The notes beneath the pieces are model-generated. The model was not told the origin of the DNA. It searched no databases and worked only from the letters and a program-made list of their open reading frames with translations. Of a DNA stretch of 11,220 nt, positions 1-5,966 are shown piece by piece. The position numbers and the translations under genes are program-made. Each line of letters starts with the position of its first letter. The stretch's first letter is position 1. Source of the DNA: Terrimicrobiaceae bacterium (lineage in GTDB: Bacteria; Verrucomicrobiota; Verrucomicrobiia; Chthoniobacterales; Terrimicrobiaceae); assembly GCA_044342325.1 (NCBI GenBank), contig JBIIPZ010000064.1, forward strand, positions 1 to 11,220, written 5' to 3'.

Positions 1-204
1 GAGGGGGCTGACGGCTCCGTAAACATAGGTGAATTGGCGTTCGTAGCCGTTATCGACGACGGGGCGCATGGGTGCAGGGGCCCAGCAGCGGCGGATTCGC
101 ACCATGCGACCGAAGCGGGCTTCGTCCTGAAAGAGGAGTTTTACCTTACGGCCCTGGACGACTTCGGGTTGAAGGATGGTTGCCAGCTCTTCCGGGAGTT
201 TTTT
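1..204 (-). CDS. IS630 transposase ORF-B (DDE domain), partial, reached by -1 frameshift
   Basis: Manual translation: KKLPEELATILQPEVVQGRKVKLLFQDEARFGRMVRIRRCWAPAPMRPVVDNGYERQFTYVYGAVSPL. FQDEARFG carries the first catalytic Asp, and CWAP and YVYGAV are typical IS630 motifs. Absent from the ORF track because it has no own start and runs off the window. Confidence 0.9.
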
Positions 205-585
205 TTCCAGTCCTCTTGGACTTTGGGGTCGCTTTTGGGGTGGCGGGTGTCGGGGGCGACTTTGCGCCATCCGTGGCGGGCGAGGAGTTTGTAGACGACC
301 GAGGCGGCGACGGGTTTTTTCAGGTGCTGGGCGAGCGCGGCGCGAATGGGAGAGACGACGACCATGCCGCCGGAAGCTGCCTGCTCAAGCCAGGGTTGAA
401 GGAAGGCTTTTTCTTCTTCCGAACTCATGAGTTGGCGACGGCGTCCGCCCCAGTTGCGAGGCTCCGATCCGCGAGGGAAGCAAAACAGACTGGCATAGGC
501 GGAGGGTGCTGGCGCACTTGGTATCGTTGGCGATTTCTTGGGCTTTATTGACGAGAGTCGGATCGATGGTAGGTTTTCGTGGCAT
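141..585 (-). pseudogene. IS630 transposase ORF-A (winged-HTH), split into two frames at ~457-462
   Basis: The N-terminus MPRKPTIDPTLVNKAQEIA...LRLCQSVLLPSRIGAS (ORF 385..585) is in a different frame from PRNWGGRRRQLMSSEEEKAFLQPW...VVYKLLARHGWRKVAPDTRHPKSDPKVQEDWKKN (ORF 141..770), the typical IS630 HTH region. Confidence 0.8.
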
Positions 586-782
586 CCCGAAAAGAAAGCA
601 TAATACATCTCATCTTGAAAGCGAATTAGAATTATGCCTGACACCAAAAACTGGATCGGCCGATCGCTCGACCTGGAGGCATGTCGCTCGGCGACACCGG
701 TCGTTGCCATCTTGAACTGGATTAGAACACGGCGATCGACTTCGAGACCGATGGCGATGGCCGCTTGCACCTAAACTGCATC

Positions 783-824
783 CTGCCCAAGGCAGTCTCT
801 CTCCTCTTCGCTGCGGGTCTGTCA
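783..824 (+). repeat. Repeat B, degenerate partial copy
   Basis: Ungapped match to 4215-4256 at 32/42 nt (hand count); retains the CTGC-N5-GCAG hairpin and the TCTGTC end. Confidence 0.6.
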
Positions 825-838
825 AAAATCCTTCCGCC

Positions 839-1300
839 CTATTGATTGGTATCCCACTGCACCTCTTTGATCGCGGCGAGAAGGCAGAGCATGGAGATGA
901 GGAAGAAGACCACGGCCAGTGAGAGGAAAACCCAGTGGATGACGATGCATGTCGAGGCCAGCCAAGGCGGCATCAATTCCGGGGTGGATTGCAGCCAGGC
1001 AAAGAATGCGGCGATGAGCGCCAGGATGCTGTCGAGGAAGAGATCAACGCCGGTCTGGTAGACTTTTTTTAGAACTTTCGGCGAAGCGAAGCCCGCCGTC
1101 ACGCCTGACCATTGGAAAGCCACGCCGCTGAAGGAGAGGATCACCAGAAACGAGGCGAGGGAGAGGTTTTCATTCCGCGTGGAAAATTCGGTGAACTGCG
1201 TGGAAATGATGACGATCGAAATGACCACCAAAAAAATGGCAACGATGGCACAGACGAGAGCGCGGAGCTTTTGGTGCAATTGAGGAAAGTATTTCAGCAT
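839..1300 (-). CDS. Hypothetical integral membrane protein (~4 TM helices, 153 aa)
   Basis: ATG start and four long hydrophobic segments; fills the space between repeats. No family recognised. Confidence 0.75.
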   Translation of the reverse strand: MLKYFPQLHQKLRALVCAIVAIFLVVISIVIISTQFTEFSTRNENLSLASFLVILSFSGVAFQWSGVTAGFASPKVLKKVYQTGVDLFLDSILALIAAFFAWLQSTPELMPPWLASTCIVIHWVFLSLAVVFFLISMLCLLAAIKEVQWDTNQ

Positions 1301-1310
1301 GGATTGGTTT

Positions 1311-1345
1311 TTTAGACAAAATTTTCAGAATTTACAGAATGAAAA
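1311..1345 (-). repeat. Repeat C (9-bp-period AT-rich unit), copy 1
   Basis: Reverse complement TTTT-CATTCTGTA-AATTCTGAA-AATTTTGTC-TAAA matches 4143-4173 and 2716-2750. Confidence 0.8.
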
Positions 1346-1430
1346 GATCGGGAGGCGCGGAACCACTCCCGGAGATCACTCTGCCTGAAACCGTCCGAAA
1401 AACGATATTCGACGCCGCTTTGCGGCTGAA

Positions 1431-1560
1431 AAATGGGCCATGCCAACCGAAGCAATGGGAAGTGCGAAGGAAGCACATCGCAGATGGCCCGAAGGGCGCA
1501 GCGAGCAGGGGGCGAGCAAGGCAAAGGAAGGCCCTCCCATTGGCACGAGGCGCGCTGCCG
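1431..1560 (+). repeat. Repeat A (~130-bp multi-hairpin element), copy 1
   Basis: Near-identical to 2587-2715 and 4306-4422 (shared core TGGGAAGTGCGAAGGAAGCACATC...GCGCAGCGAGCAGGGG...GCAAGGCAAAGGAAGGCCCTCCCA...GGCGCGCT). Ends 1 nt from the ion-channel stop codon. Confidence 0.95.
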
Positions 1561-1561
1561 A

Positions 1562-2536
1562 TTAAACAAAAACCGCTGCAATAATAACTACGATGTAGGC
1601 AAGCGGAATCCCGAAAAAAAGTAGAAGGCGTCTCCGCATCGTTGAAGTTCCTGTAAAGGTTTCCAGAGCGGCGATGCACACATTTAGCGCGGTGAAGGCA
1701 TAGGTCACTATAAAAAGTCGATCCACGATCGTGATATAGGATATCTGCGGAAGGGTAAAACTTAGCGTGAACTGCGTGGCGATGCAGGCAAGCAAAGTTG
1801 TAAGGCATATGCCCACGCGATCCGCCAACTCCTCGGAGTTCATTAGGTAGATTGTGCAGCAGATAAGAAAAATCAAAACCACGGGTCCGAATACCGTCCA
1901 AATGTAAAAGGCAGAGTCCCTGCGAATCTGGATTTCGGCGCGGTATTCCGAAAAATCTTTGATCCAGCCGTTAGCCTCCTGCAGAACCACTTTCGCATCC
2001 ACTCCCGAAACCTTGAATCCCTCATAGTGTCCCGAGGCTTGAAATCCGGCCTCTCCGGGGGGGGCTTTGAAAACGACATCTTGAGCCTCGTAGAGAAAAG
2101 ATTGCACTCGCACATCCAAAGTTTGCTCGTCGAAGGGAAACCTCTTCAAATTCAAATTGGACCGGAAAGTTGCAGACACGGCGTAATCCAGCACGGCTCT
2201 ACCGTCTGGATGGATAGTGAGCGATGTATTCGTAATTTCTGGTTGAGATGTGTTCACGAACTCGATTTGAGGCCACCAGATTTCCTTAAGCTTCTCTGAT
2301 GCTCCTTCTTCGGCAAAGCTCATGGCCTCGGGTTCCGAATGAGCGAGACGCTGGTCTTTCCAGGAAAATTGAACATAGAGGTCTGCGTCGAATGTTTCTG
2401 CTTTCTCATTCAAAGAGCTCATTGTTGACAGGTAAAATTTCGCTTCTACCTCGACTGGGCGGCCTTCCTTGGGAAGCGACATTTGGGCTGCAGCCGTTGT
2501 AGCTAACAAGAGAAAAATCAAAAACCATGAGCGCAT
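1562..2536 (-). CDS. Prokaryotic pentameric ligand-gated ion channel (Pro-loop/Cys-loop family, GLIC/ELIC-like), 324 aa
   Basis: Signal peptide MRSWFLIFLLLATTAAAQ. Extracellular-domain motifs WKDQRL, IWWPQIEFVN and NLKRFPFDEQ (Pro-loop without cysteines). Pre-M1 IRR, M1 with Pro (TVFGPVVL), M2 DRVGICLTTLL, M2-M3 loop LPQISY, then M3 and M4. Start moved to ATG 2536 because the track's 2632 start lies inside repeat A. Confidence 0.93.
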   Translation of the reverse strand: MRSWFLIFLLLATTAAAQMSLPKEGRPVEVEAKFYLSTMSSLNEKAETFDADLYVQFSWKDQRLAHSEPEAMSFAEEGASEKLKEIWWPQIEFVNTSQPEITNTSLTIHPDGRAVLDYAVSATFRSNLNLKRFPFDEQTLDVRVQSFLYEAQDVVFKAPPGEAGFQASGHYEGFKVSGVDAKVVLQEANGWIKDFSEYRAEIQIRRDSAFYIWTVFGPVVLIFLICCTIYLMNSEELADRVGICLTTLLACIATQFTLSFTLPQISYITIVDRLFIVTYAFTALNVCIAALETFTGTSTMRRRLLLFFGIPLAYIVVIIAAVFV

Positions 2537-2586
2537 ATGCCGCTTCTTAACGATCCCCCAAAACCAAGTCAACACTCTCCAACCGT

Positions 2587-2715
2587 AAATGGGCCGTGCG
2601 AGCCGAAGCACTGGGAAGTGCGAAGGAAGCACATCACCGATGGCCCGAAGGGCGCAGCGAGCAGGGGGGCGTGCAAGGCAAAGGAAGGCCCTCCCAGCAA
2701 AAGAGGCGCGCTACC
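2587..2715 (+). repeat. Repeat A, copy 2
   Basis: Direct repeat of 1431-1560 with scattered substitutions. Confidence 0.95.
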
Positions 2716-2750
2716 TTTTCATTCCGTCAATTCTGTGAATTTTGTTAATT
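2716..2750 (+). repeat. Repeat C, copy 2 (interrupted by repeat B core)
   Basis: TTTT-CATTCCGTC-AATTCTGTG-AATTTTGTT-AATT; the C-like tail CTGTCATCCTGTCTAAAA resumes at 2811. Confidence 0.8.
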
Positions 2751-2837
2751 GATTCCCTACGTTCACCCTTCGGGCTGCTCAATGCAGTCTTTCTCCGCTG
2801 CGCTCCGATTCTGTCATCCTGTCTAAAAGTTTTCAGC
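2747..2837 (+). repeat. Repeat B (91 bp, hairpin-rich), copy 1
   Basis: Ungapped match to 4187-4277 at 82/91 nt (hand count); contains CCCTTCGGG and CTGC-N5-GCAG hairpins. Confidence 0.95.
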
Positions 2838-2850
2838 AGCCCGAGAAAGC

Positions 2851-3999
2851 TCAGGGCGGGATGATCCAGTAGTTCGCGTGTTTGGCTTTTTCGTGGCGGA
2901 GGAGTTGGCGCTTGGAGGCAGGAATGTCGTGGCGGAGGAGGGTTTGGAGGTCGGCGAGCGCGGCGCGGTTTTGGTAGAAATACCCGTGGGATGTGTGGGC
3001 GTTATTCACGAAGGTGGCGTCCACGATTTCCAGCCGCGCGTCATGGCCGCCATTTTCGTTGAATAGCTCCTCGATGGGCGTGGATGGGCTTATGCCAGCT
3101 CCGGCGCGGGTGTTTCCGTTCAGAATCGAGGAAAAGACGAGCGCCTTGTCGTTGCGGGCCACATAGACAGTAGTGTGGCGCGTGGACGCGCCGTCCGGCG
3201 TGAGAAAGACGGATTTGAAGGCCTCCTCGCCTACATCTGGCGCGACGAGGATCACATTTGCCAGCGCATCGGAGGGCAGGGTGGGCGAGGCGTGTGTGTC
3301 GGATTGAGCGAGAGCCGAACAGACGACCTTGCAACCGAGGCTGTGCGCGAGGATGTCGAAATGGTTGGGCCCTTTATGGCGCAGGAAATCGGTGAGCGCC
3401 GTTGCAGCTGCTGGGACTTGTTCTCGACAACGGGCGTAAGCGGCGGCGGAAAGCCCAGGGTCGGTGGCCCAGGAGAAAAGCACCAATGGTTGTTGGAGGT
3501 TCAAAGCGAAGGCCAGCGTTCCCGCCTGACGCACGGCCGAGTCGAAGCTGTTCTGGATGCCATGAACGAAAAGTGTGGCGTGGACGGAGTGGGTCGCCTC
3601 GAGCCGTTCATGGAGAATTTTGTGGAAATCCTCCGCCGGGAGCGGGCGCACTGACAAGATGCAGGCATGGAGGGAGTCCGAGTTTTGGCGCAAAATCTCG
3701 GGCCGCTGGACATCCGTCAGCCGGAAGTTTTCCGGAATCCGCACCTCGGCAATTCCGTAGGTGAGTGCGTCCGAGTGGTCGCCCGAAAACTCCAAGCCGC
3801 CGGGCAGGGCAAGGCGGTTGGTGACGAAGAAAACTTCGACCACCGGCATGTTCTGCTCCTCCCGCAAGGCGCGTGGAAATTCGATTTGGCTGAGGTCGAA
3901 GCGCGGCGGGGTGGCCATCCACTCGGCGACCCAGTAGCCGAGTGCAACCAGGAGAATGGCAAGGAATGTGCGTCGGAAGATTTTTGCGAGGCGTTTCAT
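2851..3999 (-). CDS. Alpha/beta-fold hydrolase (DUF900-type esterase/lipase), N-terminal membrane anchor
   Basis: Motifs VFFVTNR, LFVHG (oxyanion), ILAHSLG (nucleophile elbow), VILVAPD, NDKAL and SHGYF (catalytic His); basic plus hydrophobic N-terminus. Confidence 0.9.
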   Translation of the reverse strand: MKRLAKIFRRTFLAILLVALGYWVAEWMATPPRFDLSQIEFPRALREEQNMPVVEVFFVTNRLALPGGLEFSGDHSDALTYGIAEVRIPENFRLTDVQRPEILRQNSDSLHACILSVRPLPAEDFHKILHERLEATHSVHATLFVHGIQNSFDSAVRQAGTLAFALNLQQPLVLFSWATDPGLSAAAYARCREQVPAAATALTDFLRHKGPNHFDILAHSLGCKVVCSALAQSDTHASPTLPSDALANVILVAPDVGEEAFKSVFLTPDGASTRHTTVYVARNDKALVFSSILNGNTRAGAGISPSTPIEELFNENGGHDARLEIVDATFVNNAHTSHGYFYQNRAALADLQTLLRHDIPASKRQLLRHEKAKHANYWIIPP

Positions 4000-4042
4000 G
4001 GAAAAAAACGGAGCGTCCGCAGTGTGTCACCCCAAAGCAGAT

Positions 4043-4173
4043 TTTGGACAGAATTAACAAAATTTACAGAATTGAAAAACTTGGGAGGGGCTTGCCGATA
4101 AGTTGCGGGGTTCTTTCGGGGCGACTTTTATATTGTATAACCCATTCTGCGAATTTTGTTAATTCTGTCTAAA
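4043..4173. repeat. Inverted pair of repeat C (30-bp arms, ~70-bp spacer)
   Basis: 4043-4072 TTTGGACAGAATTAACAAAATTTACAGAAT vs reverse complement of 4144-4173 TTTAGACAGAATTAACAAAATTCGCAGAAT: 27/30 identical. Confidence 0.9.
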
Positions 4174-4186
4174 TTATCCTCCTGCA

Positions 4187-4277
4187 AATTGATTCGCTAC
4201 GCTTACCCTTCGGGCTGCCTGTAGCAGTCTTTCTCCGCTGCGCTCCGATTCTGTCATCCTGCCTAAAAGTTTTCAGC
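4187..4277 (+). repeat. Repeat B, copy 2
   Basis: Direct repeat of 2747-2837, offset 1440 bp. Confidence 0.95.
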
Positions 4278-4305
4278 GACTCCCGCCCCCAGCGCCGCTG
4301 AATCT

Positions 4306-4422
4306 TGGGTCATTCCAACCGAAGCACTGGGAAGTGCGAAGGAAGCACATCACCGATGGCGCAGCGAGCAGGGGCGAGCAAGGCAAAGGAAGGCCCTCCC
4401 ATTGGCACGGGGCGCGCTGCCG
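4306..4422 (+). repeat. Repeat A, copy 3 (lacks the 9-bp CCGAAGGGC hairpin)
   Basis: Direct repeat of copies 1 and 2; has GATGGCGCAGCG in place of GATGGCCCGAAGGGCGCAGCG. Confidence 0.93.
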
Positions 4423-4434
4423 CGCGGTTGCGGT

Positions 4435-5352
4435 TCAAGAGTTGCGTTGTTGATTATCGCAGGCGGTCTGCAGGCAGGGCAGGGGAGTGGCGCCGCTTTC
4501 GATCTGGAATGTGGTGTGGGAAATCTCGAATTGTTCGTGAAGCCCTTCGCCGAGTTCTGCCAGAATTTGATCGGGGTCGGTGTGGTCGGGAATGACGAGA
4601 TGGGCGCTGAGAGCATTTTCGGTGGTGCTCATGGCCCAGACATGCAGGTCATGCACTCCGGTAACGCCTGGTTGGCGCGTGAGAAAGTTCTGAATTTTTG
4701 CGATGTCGATTCCCTCGGGGACGGCATCCATCGAAAGGGCGATGGCCTCGGAAAAGAGTTTCCAGGTTCCTGCTCCGATGAATACGGCGATGAGCAGGCT
4801 GGTGAGTGGGTCGACCCAGTTCCAGCCTGTGAACATGACCAGCGCGCCGCTCAGGATAACGCCTGCGGAGACTCCGGCATCCGAGAGCAGGTGGAGAAAA
4901 GCGCCACGCACATTGAGATCTTTGCGGCTGCCGGGCATGAGATTCCATGCGCTCAGGCCGTTCACCACAAGAGCGACCGCTGCAACGATCATCACCACAC
5001 TGCCGTTGACGCTGGAGGGTTCGCGAAAGCGCAGCAAGGCCTCCCAGGCGATGCCGCCTGTGGCCAGAAGCAGGAGGAGTCCGCTGAGCAATGTTGCCAG
5101 CACGGTGGAGCGCTTCAGGCCATAGGTGAAGCGCCCTTTGGGCAGGATTTTTGACATTCGGAAGGCCGCCCAGCTCAGGATGAGGCCGAGGAGATCAATC
5201 GATGTGTGACCGGCATCGGCCAGCAGAGCCATGGATTGCGCCATGGTGCCAAAGATGATCTCGGCGAGGACGATGAGGGAATTCAGGACGAGGCTGATGA
5301 GAAAGGCCCGGCCTGTCTGGGTGTCTGCGGAATGATGATGGTTGGCGCTCAT
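4435..5352 (-). CDS. czcD: Cation diffusion facilitator (CDF) family Zn/Co/Cd exporter, CzcD/ZitB-like
   Basis: His-rich N-terminus (MSANHHH), TM2 ALLADAGHTSID and TM5 NVRGAFLHLLSD (HxxxD/HxxxD metal site), RFTYGLKR, and C-terminal HDLHVWAMS and HTTFQIE. ATG 5352 preferred over TTG 5397. Confidence 0.95.
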   Translation of the reverse strand: MSANHHHSADTQTGRAFLISLVLNSLIVLAEIIFGTMAQSMALLADAGHTSIDLLGLILSWAAFRMSKILPKGRFTYGLKRSTVLATLLSGLLLLLATGGIAWEALLRFREPSSVNGSVVMIVAAVALVVNGLSAWNLMPGSRKDLNVRGAFLHLLSDAGVSAGVILSGALVMFTGWNWVDPLTSLLIAVFIGAGTWKLFSEAIALSMDAVPEGIDIAKIQNFLTRQPGVTGVHDLHVWAMSTTENALSAHLVIPDHTDPDQILAELGEGLHEQFEISHTTFQIESGATPLPCLQTACDNQQRNS

Positions 5353-5399
5353 ACGGCGAACAACCTGTTCCAAATTCTTCGCACGGCTGCGATGCAAAT

Positions 5400-5795
5400 T
5401 TATTTTTCCGCCTCAAATTTTTTCCACCGCTGCAGCGGAAAAAACGGCGAGCTGCCTGCGTGCAGGCGCAGGTGGCCGCGGGCTCCTAGCGTGAGTGTGT
5501 ATTCCTGGTAGTCCACCGCCAGCACGCTGGCCTTGCGGGTGTCGTAGTGCTTGCGCAGATCCTGCATGCGCCAGGCGCCGTCCGCAGCGCGAGCTATGTT
5601 TCGCCACTTGAGGTCTCCGACCTGCCAGCCCGCATTGGCCATGGCATCCGGAATGATGGCTATGCGGCCCACGAGTTCGCTTTCGACAAACTCGACCCGC
5701 AGAACGCAGCCCTCGAAATCATCGGCCGTCCTGCGCCAGAGCCCTTCGGGCGTGCCATCCGGCGGAAGAATGAAAAACAAAAAATCCACAATCAT
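5400..5795 (-). CDS. Hypothetical protein (~131 aa; weak resemblance to DUF2147/lipocalin-like beta-barrels)
   Basis: ORF co-oriented with and directly upstream of the CDF gene, with GC-rich third positions; PEGLWR near the N-terminus followed by beta-strand-like segments. Start either 5795 or 5816; the family call is tentative. Confidence 0.65.
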   Translation of the reverse strand: MIVDFLFFILPPDGTPEGLWRRTADDFEGCVLRVEFVESELVGRIAIIPDAMANAGWQVGDLKWRNIARAADGAWRMQDLRKHYDTRKASVLAVDYQEYTLTLGARGHLRLHAGSSPFFPLQRWKKFEAEK

Positions 5796-5966
5796 CCCAT
5801 AATCAACCTCCGCCATCTGTGCAACGCTGGATGGGGCCCAATCCGGTAGTCATAGACAGCCGCTACAGTCGGCGCGGCAGCGCCCGTCTTCCCAAGCAAT
5901 GATTCTGTCGAACCCCATGCAATAGCTTGCCAGCGCGTGAGGGTCGCATTAAATGCACTCGTCTCC

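Larger units (their letters stand above)
1..634 (-). mobile_element. IS630-family insertion sequence, left part (continues beyond window start), probably inactive
   Basis: HTH-containing ORF-A and DDE-containing ORF-B are joined by an A8 run. The element end is inferred at the TA at 633-634 (- strand TAATTCTAATTCGCTTTCAAG), ~50 bp upstream of the ATG at 585; IS630 targets TA. The other terminal repeat lies outside the window, so the end is approximate. Confidence 0.85.

Noticed and set aside
586..770. N-terminal part of the 209-aa ORF 141..770
   Set aside because: It crosses the inferred IS end; the true transposase N-terminus is in another frame starting at 585.
636..782. Possible gene remnant interrupted by the IS (+ frame ...IDFETDGDGRLHL...)
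   Set aside because: Short, contains stops and has no recognisable family; cannot be supported.
2537..2632. 32-aa N-terminal extension of the ion channel
   Set aside because: It starts inside repeat A and would bury the signal peptide that begins at 2536.
1312..2752. Similar small ORFs 1339..1584, 1433..1624, 2537..2752 (and 4305..4595) as a paralogous protein family
   Set aside because: The similarity is only the translation of repeats A and C in various frames; starts, stops and frames are not conserved.
1431..4422. Repeats A/B as integron attC sites
   Set aside because: No consistent RYYYAAC...GTTRRRY core pair on the coding strand across copies, the folds are multi-branched rather than one long hairpin, and no integrase is in the window.
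1311..4422. Repeats as a CRISPR array
   Set aside because: Units are 30-130 bp and are separated by whole genes, not by uniform 30-40-bp spacers; no cas genes.
4402..5154. 250-aa + strand ORF and other long antisense ORFs (e.g. 3175..3654, 72..551, 8300..8812)
   Set aside because: Shadow ORFs opposite well-supported genes, with no motifs.
1562..5352. Ion channel, hydrolase or CDF as T3SS effectors or functional partners
   Set aside because: Divergently transcribed, with Sec-type or membrane N-termini; adjacency alone is not evidence.
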